DNA from: Lama guanicoe
Taxonomy: Eukaryota
Length of the DNA stretch: 64,000 nucleotides
Assembly: GCA_013239625.1 (NCBI GenBank)
Contig: MU053557.1
Coordinates: 6,087,842 to 6,151,841 of the forward strand
Reading direction: 5' to 3'
In this document: piece after piece, positions 10,901-23,100 of the stretch
Layout of the letters: each line of letters opens with the position of its first letter
How positions within the stretch are numbered: the first letter of the stretch is position 1
Position numbers and translations under genes: made by a program
The notes under the pieces: model-generated
Seen by the model: only the letters and a program-made list of their open reading frames with translations
The model's database searches: none
What the model was told of the DNA's origin: nothing

Positions 10901-13900
10901 GAGGCTCAGGGGCTGGAGGAATGTTGAGCTTAGGGCTCAGGCCTGCCTCCAGCATCCACCACAAGTCACGGGGCATGGAGTATTACTCACATAAAGCAGG
11001 GACTACGTACCTGAGCCAAGAGGAGAGCTTGCGGCTGTCAGCGAATGGCCTTGTTGAGGGAGCCCAGCCTCTTCTAGCTCAACAGGGCTGCAGCATCTTT
11101 AAGACAGAGGCTGCTTTTCTACACCCTCCTGGGGCCCCGCCCTGCCAGCCTGCTTCATGCTTCACGCTTCACGTAGTTGGGCCCAGGTGTCCTGCCTTGA
11201 TGACAGGATTTCCAGACTTGATGGGAAGAAAGGGCGTGAATTTGCTTCTCTAATTCCAACCACCTGTCTCTGCCTCTCCTGGGCTATGCTGCTAGTTTGC
11301 ACTCGATTTGTTCACTGTTTTTATACCAGTCATCGGATGGCAGGGCCAGAAAGGACCTTAGAGATCCTCTGATACAGGGCTGGCAAGCTTTTTCCTTCCT
11401 CATCACAACCGACCCACCTGCTGATTGTGGTACTGATGCCATGAGACCCTTTCAAGAGTAGACCCAGATTTTTGGAGTCTGTACCAAAAATGGTAGAGAC
11501 AAGGCAGAGGTTGAGTAGGGGCAAAGGCAGTATCCCGCCTGCTAGCAGTAATCCATCCCCTCCTCTTCCACTGAGAGGGAAGCTGTCCAGCCATCGTGGA
11601 GAATAGCTGGTCCCGTTCAAGGTTCTCACTTTAAAAATGAGAAAACTTAGACCCAGAGAAGAGCAAGGGTTAGCCAAGACCACACAGGAACTTAGTGGCA
11701 GAGCTGGACGTGGAATCCAGGTCCCCTAACACGCAGTCCATTGTACACCATCCGGACGAGTTCTGGAGCAGCAGTTAGGCAAAGAAGAGGCATCATGGTC
11801 ATCGTCACAATTACTCACCTACCAGGAACACCTGCTGGGCACTGGGGCTTCACCGTGACCAACAGCAAATCCTCACGGCAGGCCTCGCCCGGGTCCTGGC
11901 CCCAGTCCTGGCCCTGGTCCTACTTCCCTATTTTACACCAACAGCCTCAGCTTTCCAGTCCTCCAGATTTGGAACCTCTGAATCACCACTCTCCATACTG
12001 CTGCTTCCTCCTTTCGGTTCGGTTCTTCCTCACAATGCTCTAGTTCAGGCTCCCATCATCACCTGCCTGCGTCATTGCAACAGCCCCCCAGGCAGTCTCC
12101 ACCAGCCCATCCAAGAACACAACCACCAGCATCACGGTCGTCTCCCTCAGAACCTGCCTGCTGAATGTTGATTAATTGATGTGTAGCCCAGAAGTATAAT
12201 GGCCGTAGTGAGTAATTCTCCAAGTTTCCATAGCACTCACCAGCTTATTAAGTGCTTTCAAAATTATTATCTTATACGAGCAATTAGGAGACCTCAGTGC
12301 TAGTCCAGCTCTAATTCTTGGAGTGGTCTTGCGCGAGTCAAGACCGTTTGGGCAAGTCAGTTTCACCTCTCCCTGTTATCCTGAAAACTGGCGTCCAAGT
12401 TCCCTTCCTGCTCTGACCGCTCCCTGGCTTCTGCTCCAGACGGACTGCCACACTGGAGCGAGCGGCACCATCTACGAGTACGGAGCCCTCACCATCGATG
12501 GGGAGGAGTACATCCCCTTTAAGCACTACGCTGGCAAATACATCCTCTTTGTCAACGTGGCCAGCTACTGAGGCCTGACAAGCCAGTACATTGGTAAGAG
12601 CCCATCCCTCCTCCCCTGCTTTATTTGGGGCTGCTTCTGCCAGTTGGGTACATTCCAGTCACAGGAGCTTTTCTGGTGCAAGGCGGAAGGGGTAAGGTGA
12701 TCATGAGATTCCAAACCCTGTATCCCAGTTCCGCTGTGTTCCACGGTTCTGTGAAAATGATTATATAAGCCTGAAGTCTGATCGCCTTCAAACGTGTACT
12801 AGAAGATTCTCAGTTACCCTTCATCCCTGGGCACCTCAACAGCCCTAAAAGCAGAGGGATGGGGGAGACTGGGTTTGTGCCTTAAGCGTCCTTTCACTGG
12901 AGTAAGAAATAATAGCGTTAGCTTGCTGAGAATTTCTCACCTGCCCTCGGCCCCATCTGCCTTAGTGCTTCTCTTGGACCCTGGAAAGCAGGCCTAGATA
13001 GAAACCAAAAACCAAGGGTCCAAAGCACTCCCTTCATTTTGTTTTCTCTTCTCCCCCTGCCTCCCGCCCCAGCAGGGGCCTGAGAGTATGTGTGTTCGTG
13101 GCAGAACCGGGCATTTCCCCCAGGTTTCACGATCCCTAGTATCCTCACTCCTTTCTCCCTAGCTGGGGCAGAGTTAAAAGCCTGAGGGAATAGCCAAGCC
13201 AAAGGCACCTGACAGCACCCACAAGAAAGTGCTTTGGGGCTGAGCACAGTCTGCTAGTGGGGGTGGGGGGCAGGCAAAGGCAGTCTGACCCAGAATGTTG
13301 AGAATCGCAGGCAAAGTGATCTGGGGAGCTGGGCACGACCTCCCTGGGATTCCTGAATTCTGAGTAGAGGAGGGTTGTGAGGGCCCACTCCACCCCACCC
13401 TGGGGAAGTTGTCTGGTTCCTGCTCCAGGAAACTCAATCCTGAGAGGCCTGAAGGAGCCCTCAGCCTGCGGGGCCACGGGGTGGACCTTGGCCATGGGCG
13501 GGCGACTGACTACTGACGAGGAAGCGTATTGCTGTTTACCCCCAACCTCCAGCCCAGCCACGTTGGAACCGGGAGGTTGGGACTTGAGTCCCAGCATTGC
13601 CACACTCACTGGGGGATCTTGGGCAAGTCTCTTCCCATCAGGCCTCAGTGACGTCATCTGTACAGTGGGTGAACAGGTGGAGTGGTACACGGCAGGCAGG
13701 GCTCCATGCCAGGCTACCCCCTCATCTCTGCTCTCTCCCTCCCTGGCCCAGAACTGAATGCACTACAGGAAGAGCTGGGGCCATTTGGTCTGGTCATTCT
13801 GGGCTTCCCCTGCAACCAATTCGGAAAACAGGAACCAGGAGAGAACTCGGAGATCCTACCCAGTCTCAAGTGAGTGCACGCTCGGTGTCTGGAGAAGGCT

Positions 13901-15030
13901 CCGCTAGCACATCCCACCCTGCCCCCCAGCCCAGGCTCTGGGCATCTCTTGCACTGACCCCTACTCATGATGGACACCACCAAGAACTACTGTCCCCTTC
14001 CAGGAACCCCGATTAGTGGAATGAGTGGAAGAGGGACAGGAGAGGGACAGGGACAGGGATGACTGGTTGTGACTGCATGACCAGGGTCAGGGAGGACAGT
14101 GCGGGCCAGGGGTGACTGAGACAGTACCAAACTGGAAAAAGACTGCAGACCCACATTATGCCTCTGCCCACTCAATATTCATCAGCTCCCACTGCCCACT
14201 ATAGAGCAAAATTCACGGATTCCCAACACCCCTCCCCTGTTCTAGCCCTTCCTCTCATTTCTGAGCCCTGTGCCCATCTTCCTGGGACCCACATAAGAAC
14301 ATTCCTTGTAGGTATGTCCGACCAGGTGGGGGTTTCGTTCCGAACTTCCAACTCTTTGAGAAAGGGGATGTGAACGGGGAGAAAGAGCAGAAGTTCTACA
14401 CATTCCTGAAGGTGAGTTCACAGCCAGCTCTGTAGGAGCCTCTCTGCCCGGCGGATGCTGGCTCTGGACGGGGCTGCAGCTGCTCCTGGCTCCAGCCCAT
14501 GTAGGCAAGGGCCGTGCCAACCTCCTCTGCTCCTGGGCTCCTGGGGAATTTCTTGGCATCTGATTGTTATTCCAGCTAGAAAGCTTTGCAGATCTTAGGG
14601 TCTCACCAGCCCGTTTTACAGGTGGGCCCCAAAAGGGACAAGCTTAGGGTCTCACAATCTGCTAGAGCCAGGGCTGGGATTCAGTTTTCTAACTCTGAAA
14701 CTGGTGTTCTTTCCCAGTGCCAGGCTATTCCCCTACCCACAAAAAGGCCTAGGGAGGCAGTGGGAGGGGCCCCAAGCAGGGCTAACGTTACTCTCATGCC
14801 CGCTCCAGAACTCCTGTCCTCCTACCTCGGAGCTCCTGGGCTCACCTGGCCGCCTCTTCTGGGAACCCATGAAGGTCCACGACATCCGCTGGAACTTTGA
14901 GAAGTTCCTGGTGGGGCCAGACGGTATACCCATCATGCGCTGGTACCACCGGACCACGGTCAACACTGTCAAGATGGACATCCTGGCCTACATGCGGCGG
15001 CGGGCGGCCCTGGAGGCCAAGGGGAAGTAA
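7620..15030 (+). CDS. GPX3: Glutathione peroxidase 3 (secreted selenoprotein); join(7620..7706,12440..12593,13752..13869,14312..14411,14809..15030), 226 aa, Sec at codon 73
   Basis: Exons of 87+154+118+100+222=681 nt splice in frame through GT-AG introns. Signal peptide [24 protein letters not shown]; motifs [33 protein letters not shown]; catalytic U73/Q107/W181/N182. Confidence 0.98.
12440..12593 (+). CDS. GPX3: GPX3 exon 2 (Sec TGA at 12569..12571)
   Basis: ctccag|[55 protein letters not shown]|gtaaga. Confidence 0.97.
13752..13869 (+). CDS. GPX3: GPX3 exon 3
   Basis: cccag|[43 protein letters not shown]|gtgagt. Confidence 0.97.
14312..14411 (+). CDS. GPX3: GPX3 exon 4
   Basis: tgtag|[37 protein letters not shown]|gtgagt. 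Confidence 0.97.
14809..15030 (+). CDS. GPX3: GPX3 exon 5 coding part
   Basis: ctccag|[42 protein letters not shown]...ALEAKGK, TAA stop. Confidence 0.97.
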   Translation, partial: NSCPPTSELLGSPGRLFWEPMKVHDIRWNFEKFLVGPDGIPIMRWYHRTTVNTVKMDILAYMRRRAALEAKGK

Positions 15031-15654
15031 CTGAGGCCCACCCCAACCTATGTCCACCGTGCAGGGGCTGGGGAGGACCCTGTGCAGGAAGGAATCCACT
15101 TCTCCAACCACACCACACTCCCACTCTAGACCCTGTTACACAAAGCCCCAGCCTGACACGAACGTGCGCATACGATTGTGTCTGTACTGCTGTGCACGTG
15201 GGTGTCTGCATTCTATGCCTATGGGTGTGTGTGACCGTGTGTGCACACATGTGAGTGTACAGCCATATGTGTTGACCTGCACGAATATCCAGGAATGTGT
15301 ACTGTCTGTGTGCCCACAGCTGTATGCCGTGGAGAGTACCAGAGAATAACTCCCTTTTCTCTCCGGCTCTCTGTTCCAATGATACCAATTCACTTTCAGC
15401 TGAGCCCAAAGGAAAAAACCAGCTCTAGATTCAATTGTTCTGCTCCTACCTAAACGTCAACCCTTGGCGCCAGCATCCCCCACTGCCTCTAAACACCAAC
15501 ACTGAAGTGCCTGGAAGCTTCTGGGTCTGCCACACTGCCCAACCTCCCTCCTCTCCTTCCTGAGGGCCCTCCCAAGCCCCCTACCCACCCCACAGTGTTC
15601 CCTGAGAGTGGCCAAGGCAGCTGTGAGAGCGAGGACCACGTTCGCCAGGTCAGA

Positions 15655-15726
15655 GGCGGCATCTGAATGAAGGAGGGGCCCGAAGCCCTAGTGGGCGGGC
15701 CTCCCTTGAGCCTGTCTGAAGGGCCA
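15655..15726 (+). other. SECIS element (type 2) in GPX3 3'UTR
   Basis: ATGA 15667..15670; stem 15671..15681 pairs with 15697..15707; unpaired GAA 15682..15684; mini-stem GCCC-tagt-GGGC; closing TGAG 15707..15710. Confidence 0.93.
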
Positions 15727-15843
15727 GCCCTTAGTGCATTCAGGCTGAAGCCCCCGGGCAGGGATGCCACCCCCGCTCCTTCGGAGGACGTGCCCTCTCC
15801 CCTCACCCTGACCCACTGGCGTTAGACTCATCCCTGTGTGCCT

Positions 15844-15849
15844 AGTAAA
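15844..15849 (+). terminator. Probable GPX3 poly(A) signal, variant AGTAAA
   Basis: AGTAAA about 130 nt after the SECIS, followed by TGTGGTGCTT; no AATAAA seen between the stop and 16720. Confidence 0.6.
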
Positions 15850-16404
15850 GGCCTTTCTGCAGCAGCTCAGCCTCCTGTGGTGCTTCCTCAAGCGGCTGCG
15901 CCAGTGAGGGCGGGAGGCAGGGAGGAGAAGAGAAAACAAAATGAAGGCAGTGCTTTGGACCCTTGCTTTTTGGTTTCTACCTAGGCCTGCTCTGCTTCCT
16001 CGGTCAGCATTTGGAGTTTATAAGACCAGTCCACGTCTCCTCTCATCCCACCATTCTCTAAGGCAGCTAGGGCTGAGATGTGGTGGTTTCGTTTGACAGA
16101 TGAGGAAACTGAGGCTCAGAGAAGGGCCAGGCCTTGTCCAAGGTCTCCTGACAAGTGAGGGGAAGGACCGAATATAAATCCAGGTTGCCTGACTCCCAGG
16201 CCCTGGACGCCCAGCGCTCGTGGCGGCTCTGAGCAGGGCCCCAGGAGACATCTGCCAAGAGTAATGGTGATGCTCTCAGGGGGTCTGGGAGGAACAGAGC
16301 ACCGAGGGAGGCAACAGGAAAGCCACACTCTGGTTGACTGGGAGGGGAACATTAGCCAGGGCATCAAAGAACACCAGTCACAAAATGTTGATCTTCAACT
16401 TGGA

Positions 16405-16410
16405 TTTATG
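16405..16410 (-). terminator. Probable TNIP1 poly(A) signal, variant CATAAA
   Basis: Minus-strand CATAAA followed about 20 nt later by GU/U-rich TTTTGTGACTGGTGTTCTTTG. Confidence 0.5.
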
Positions 16411-17052
16411 TCCAAGATTCGTGCAAACAGTTGCCCAGGGATCAAGAGCCACCCCAATCCAGGCCTCCGGGACCACAGGCCTCCAGCTACAGGCCGAGGG
16501 CCTGGCAGCTTCAGGCTGGGGCTGTTGGCAGATGTGGCTGGGATGGCCTTCATCCCAGGCTGCAGTGGCACTGGTGAGGCTGCCATGGGCGGGGGCCCAG
16601 CAGCAGGATGACTCGTGGTTTTCTTCTGCTCCTGGAGGCAAACCTGCTCTTCCCGCAGCCCCTCGGAGTAGAGAGGGTATGCATGGGGCAGGTCCTGCTA
16701 CAGCAGAGCTTGAAGCAAAAATAAAACACATGAATTGAATGTGGTCCCCAGAGGGGCTGCTGAAACACTTCTGGGGAAGTTTTGAAACGAAGGGGTCTTG
16801 ATTGCACCCCACTAAAAACTGACATCCCCCGGCAGCTCCTGCAGAGGATGGCAGGCCAAGGCCACATGACGCTTCTCTCCACTCAGTGGCAGAGTAGTGA
16901 GTTTTTCCCGATCACTCCAAAGGAGAGGCCCGGACGGATGCCTTCTGGATGGAGCCTCCCCAGTCTGGAAACAGTTCGGGTTGGGGCCAGAGCACAAGTT
17001 GGCCATCCATCTCAGCCTCCTGGAGGCTCTGGCCACACAGAGCACGTGGCCT

Positions 17053-17084
17053 CTAGTTTTTCGGTAGTCTGAAGTCAGCTGGCT
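17053..17084 (-). CDS. TNIP1: TNIP1 alternative last-exon acceptor, alternative C-terminus (Naf1-beta-like)
   Basis: cttacag|AG CCA GCT GAC TTC AGA CTA CCG AAA AAC TAG = EPADFRLPKN*; same phase as the exon 17 donor. Confidence 0.78.
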
Positions 17085-17123
17085 CTGTAAGACGAAGGTG
17101 GAGCCAAGTGACGTAATCTGGTC

Positions 17124-17158
17124 TCACTGAGGCCCCTCGTGGTCATTTTTGGTAGACT
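17124..17158 (-). CDS. TNIP1: TNIP1 exon 18 coding part (main C-terminus)
   Basis: tttatttag|AG TCT ACC...CAG TGA = ESTKNDHEGPQ*. Confidence 0.92.
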
Positions 17159-20100
17159 CTAAATAAACAAAAATTTTGAGGACTTAAAGATGATGTGGTG
17201 CAGTAGGTTTCAAAGTCCTGTGGAAACCAACAGAGTAAGAGTGGAGAAAAACAGGGTTGTTGGGTGTGTGCCAGGCCCTGGGCGAAGTGCCATAGGTACG
17301 TTTGCCATTCAATCCTTGCCCTGGCCCTAGGAAGCAGGCAGATTGTCATCTCTTTATGGGGGAGGGAACAGGGACACAGAGAGGTTTTAAAGAACTTGCC
17401 TGAAGCCCCAGGTCTAGGAAGTGCTGGAGCCTAGTCAGTCGGTTCTGGACCCTGAAGCGGAGTAGTTCTAGGGAGGGGACAGCCCTGCCCATCTGGCCAC
17501 CCTGTGTCCTCATCAAAGCAGCCTCCAAGGGGCGCCACAGAACCTCCAGGACTTTGCGAGGAACCATTAGAAAAATGACTGATCAACCCAACACAGCCTT
17601 CCAACCACTGGCTCCTCCAAACCACGCTCCCTCCAAGTCGCCCTGCAGCCTCTGCTCACACCCCTCCTGCGGCAGGCGCTCCACCTCCTGGCAGAGCTGG
17701 CTCCATTTCTGCACAGCTTTCAAAACTCCTCTTTCTGCTGAGATGGACTTGGCCTCCCTATCGCCTAGCCGCTAGACGCAATCCTGTTCCCAGAAGCCCC
17801 ACAGGCCAGGCAGTGCCTTCTGCCCCACAAGAGCCTCGCAGAAAGTGAACAGAGCGACTAAGGGCCCGGGGTCCTTTCATGACTAGCGAACAGACCTCCA
17901 GTCCCCAACTGTTTATGGCGGATACCATGACCAAAGGGAGCTTTTTAAAATGCAAATTTAACCTGTCATGCCACTCTGATTTTAAAATACCCAAGGCCTG
18001 CACATCCTCTTTAGGATAACGACCAGCCTTCTGTCGTGGCCTGCAAGGCCCTCACGGCCGGGACCCGCCGACCTCCCTGACCTCCTCGCCTTGCCCCTAT
18101 CTCCTCCCCGACCTTGTTCCCGGCTCCAGCCACACCAACCTTCTCTCCAGCCTCAAGTCGGCCACACTTCCTCACTCCCTCCCACTGAAGCCTTTGCATT
18201 TGTCCTTTCTCTGCAAGAACATCCTCTGCTTCTCCTTCACTCATTAATGCTGCTCATTCCGAGGGTCTCAACACAAACGCCAGTGCCTCCAGGCTGGGCC
18301 GGGTTCCCCTGCTGTCCGCTCTCACAGAAATCTGCTCTTCCTCCCCCAGGGTGCTTGAGTGCAATTGTACGCCCACTGGTGTGACCTTTACTGTTCATTT
18401 CTGTGCTCCTCAGTAGACAGTAAGGTCATAAGGGTGGGGACCGTATCTGCTTCTGCTCTGTCCTGGCCAGCACAGTGCCTGGCAGGTGGACGGTAAACTA
18501 TAATGAATGAAGGAATGGTTTCAATCCCCTCGCCCTGCAGTCACCATCCCCTTCTGAGAAGACTGCTTCAGAAAGCTGGGCCTATCTTCCAACCAGATCA
18601 GGAGGTAGCAACAGCGTCCCCAAACCGGGGCGACCCTGGCAGCTAAGAATGGTCTTCCCCGGTGGAAGACAAGACCCAGGGCCAGGGGATCCGGCTCACC
18701 TGGCTCTGCAGGCCTGGCTGCGGGCGAGTCCATCACTTGGGAGCTCTGATTCCGTATCCCTCCACAGGGCAGCCGCCAGGTGTATTCTGGCTGCAACAAA
18801 ACCGGCGCTTAGTGATCAAAAACCATACTGGAAAAGTATGGTAGCAGCCACTGTGCAGGAAGAGTGCTAAGTCCACATTAATCAAGTATCACTGAGTCCT
18901 TACAACAACCCAGGTTGCCATCCCCACTTTACAGGAAAGGAAGCTGAGGCTCAGAGGGGTTGAGTAACTTGAAGAAGTTTGTCCAGCTAGGCAAGTAGAC
19001 AAGCTCTGATTTGAGCCCAGGTCTTCATAACCCCGGAGCAGATCGCTTAAGTTCCACACGATACTCCAGTGTTTAAAGAAGATGCGTGGAAGGAATGGCT
19101 GTGGTTGAGAAGCTGGGGGAGAGGCCGGACTGGAGGCAGTGGTTGTTGTCCGGGTAAGAGTGGGAAAGCCTGAAGGGGCTGTGGCAGAGGCACCAGAGAG
19201 GATGGGATGTGTGACAGCAGCTCGCTGGGGACAGAAACGATAAGCAAGGGGGAAAAAAGCAAAAAAAAAAAANNNNNNNNNNNNNNNNNNNAAGAAAACG
19301 GGGAAAAAAACAAAAAAAAAAAAAAAAAGAAGAAAAGAGGAAAGGAAAGGAAACTGAGAAGGGAAAAGAGAAGGAGAAGCAAAGGGAGAGAATGGCTGGT
19401 GGGGGCCTGGCACCTGGTCACAGGTGGAGGTCACGTGCTCTGGTGCCCTGGGCCTGGCTGGTTGGAGGGAGCCCTCCTTCCTGCCCCGTTCCCTTCCTCG
19501 GCCTCTTCTGCCCCACACCAGTGACCCAGAGCAGCCCGGGGCTGGAAGTCCTGCCCCTGCACAGCAGGCCGCACCCCACAGTGCTGTTCAGATGGGCCGG
19601 GCCAAGGATGCGCTTTCTGACCCGGCACTTGCCCTTGCCCTTGCCCTCTGGAGTGTGTCCGGGTGGTCTGTGCGTGTCCTGCAGGGAGGGAGGGGCACAG
19701 ACTCACCAGATGGAAGAGGCGGGAGTTGGGATGTGGGGGCGGGTGCTCCATAGCCGTGGGGGGAGGAGGGTAGCGGATCTGGGACCAGTCCTCAAAGCCG
19801 TGGTGCGGCATCATGGGGGGCATGGGCGGGTAGGCGTAGGGGTAGGCCCCGCAGAGGTGCTCCGGGTGGGGCTCCACGTGGTAGCGGTCTGCTGAGGTCT
19901 GCAAGAAAGACTGACATCTGGTTCTGGGCTGTGACAGGCTGCACAAGCCATCCCCAGTGACACCCATCCGACCTCCCCACCTCTACTTAGAATCTCAGTT
20001 CTCTGAAGACTGGCACGTGGGCATAGAAGGCTGGCACACGGCACAGAGCATCAACCATGATGACAGTTAATGCGTCCCGAGCACTTACTCTATACCAAGC

Positions 20101-23100
20101 ACTGTTCTAAAAGCTCTGCCTGCATTACCTCGTTAGTGAGCTGGACACCTGTGCAAACAACACCTCTCCCATCAGACTGTAGCTTCCAGGAGAAGGTAAG
20201 ACAAGCTAAATGCTGCTTCCTCCCTCAAGCCTCCTCACCTTTGCTTTCCTCTTCTGCTGTCTGAGGGCTTCTTTCGCCTTTTCTTCATCTTTGAAGGCTT
20301 TTAGCTGAGAGAAGGCGGGAAGGGGAGAAGACTGTTGGCACAGGCACTTCCTAGCCAGGCCTGGATCCAGGCCTAACCAGCCCCAGGGTTGACCGGCCAA
20401 TGCACGAGGCCTCCACTCTGGGCTGTCCTGCCTGGCCCAGCCCCGGGAAAGGGCCCGGGGTGGGGGCGGAGTGCAGCCCGCAGGTAAGGCCTGCTCCTTG
20501 TACGTAGTCTGAACACAGGTCAGGAGGGCTTCCATATTAATACCTTTTGGTTCCAATCTGGGGGAGAGTGGGTGGCTTGGAGTTAATTTCTAAATTTGCC
20601 CTTTTAAGGCATCAAAACTGATGATGGAAAATCAGAGCTAGAGGTCAGAGAAAGGAAGAGCCTCTCTGAGGGACAGAGAAATGTGGCAGCAGAGCTGGAA
20701 GGAGAATGAGTGAGTCTCCTGACATCCAGTCTCACCAGGGACCTTCCAACCCAGGGCCCCCGCCCCACGAGGACAGCCAGCTGCCCCTTCTGTGGTCCAG
20801 CTGCTCTCACCTGGGCGTTCGACAGGGTGACCTGGGCCTGCAACTTCTCCACCTGCTTCTTCAGCTCTTCCTTCTCCTCGTTCATGCGCTCCCGGTCGCT
20901 GCGCTCCCTCTGGAAGTCCTCCTCAAAGATCTTCACCTGAAGGGGCGGGGAGGAGGGGTGGGGAGGAGGAGCAGCTCTGGGTGAAGGCCCGGAGCCCCAA
21001 GCCTCCTGATGGGAGTCAGACATGAGAGCTGGCTTCACCCCATCTCAAAAATCCCTGTGGGGAGGGGTACAGGTGCACCTCCAGCCCCCCACTCTCAACT
21101 TTAGACAGTAGTTCTGGGTGCCTCTGTTTTATGTTCTGGGCTTCAACACAGGGCTCTATTGGAAAAAAGGATCCATGGCTTAAAAAAAAAAAAAAGGTTG
21201 ATAGCCATCAACCAGTCCAATCCTCCCACTCTGCTGAGGCCCACAGTGAGGTGGAGGCCACAGAAACAGGTATGAGCGGAGGACTGGTATCCTGGCTCCG
21301 AGAGCAGGGGACCCACACACCTGTCGCAAGGCTTGAGGGGTGCCCTGGCGCGGGGCCCCGTCTCCGCTTCTGCAGTTTCACTTCTTACTGCAGATCAGGG
21401 AGATGCTAACCAGGTTCGAGATGATTTAAAAGGACCCAAAGCATGGCACCAAATAGCACAGAAACACATGAGGGAGCCAAGACCTCTTCCATTTCCTTTC
21501 AATCCTCAGTGTCCCTCAAGGACAAAGTCTCCATTTTATGCTGCTATGTCTTTGACAGCTTTCTAGTACTTGTTAATTTCCCTTAAATGAAGGGAAAGAA
21601 GACTCAAGTTCAGAGTTTTCATCAGGCAAGAGTATCCAGTTAGAGTTTAATAGCACTATTCTGTCTTTACTGCATTTACTGCTTGTAGTTACTTTTTTTT
21701 TAATGGAGGTACCGGGGATTGAACCCAGGACCTTGAGCTTGCCAAGCATGAGCTCTACTCTACCACTGTGCTATTACCCTCCCCCGAGTTACTATTTATG
21801 ACAGATAATAAACAGGTTTTTCCATTTATAGAAGAAATCTGAAGTTCCCTTTCAAATGTATTTATTAAATTTATTTTAAAAATTGTTTTTAAAATACTAG
21901 GTAAATAACAGCACAGCTGGAACACAGAGATGGTTAAATCATGAAGGTGGTAGGGAAATGATCTAAATGATGAGAAGGGTAAACCTATAACCAGACAGGG
22001 GTCCTGGCCGATGGCCAGAAAGTGGACTACAGATTACAGCTTCCACGTGATTCAAGGCCCATCCTGGGCCCTCAGGAATGCTCCAGCTCCACTGAGCAAC
22101 ACCTCCTGTCTGCCCTCTTCCCCAAGCCTCACCTGCTGTTTCAGCAATTCGTTCTGTGTGACCAGCTCCTGCTTCCTCAGCAGGCCTCCAGCTCCTTCCG
22201 GGCTCCCAAATGCTGTTGGTGGAGATGCTGGGGAAGCCTGGATGCTCAGTGCTTCCTCCAGGGCCTGGGATCAGGAAGAGAGGAGATGGACTCATCACCA
22301 GAAGCCCCCAGAAGTCAGGCCCCATTGGCAGGGTCATCCTCTGGGCCCCCTTCCTCATAACAACAATAACCACCACTATTTAATAAGTGCTACCTTGTTT
22401 GTACACACACCTCATTACATTGAATTCTCTCCATCCATAGTCCTCTAAAGAAAAGATTGTGACCATCGTCCCCATTTTATGGATGTGATAAGTGAGGTTC
22501 AGAGACTTCAAGTGATTTGTTCAAAGTCATATAGCAGTAAGTGGCAAAGCATGGATTCAAAGCCAGCATGTGCTCTTAACCAGCAGCCTGAACTGGGGTC
22601 TTCATGTGGAAAGGAGAGTATCCCCCTCTCTGAAAAGGTGTGCCTCAATTCTCAGCATCCAGACCTAGAAAGAACACTAAGTCCTTTGGGGGCAGAAGCT
22701 TCAGTCTCCTTGACAACTGCCTGCCCTGAGATTCTTCAGCTTCTGCAACCCATTCCCATCAAGCCAACCCCTCCATCTCCACCTCTTCTGTGGTTAGATT
22801 AGAATGGATTTTAATTTTGACTTAATATTTTACCTTTCCAACCCTGAAAATGGCCTGAAACATCACTAAATAACATTTTGAAAATTTAAAAAGCACCCCT
22901 ATGTTACCATGTTCACAAAATACTTTTCCTTACGTAAACAGTGTGCTCACGTCCTCTTAAAAGTTTTCCATTAACTGGGTTTCTCCTTCAACCCTGTTAA
23001 CATGGTGCTTGAGAACTCTGGAACACCTCCACAGACCAGCCACCCTCATCATCACCTGGACTTCACTCCCTGGACAGGGGGCTCTGCTGGCCACGCGTCA

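Noticed and set aside
12323..12571. GPX3 as a pseudogene with a premature stop
   Set aside because: The TGA is at the catalytic Sec position, all exons are intact and a SECIS is present
18889..19967. Long ORFs (209 aa, 178 aa, 167 aa)
   Set aside because: They arise from low-complexity sequence and the gap, or are extensions/antisense shadows of TNIP1 exon 16
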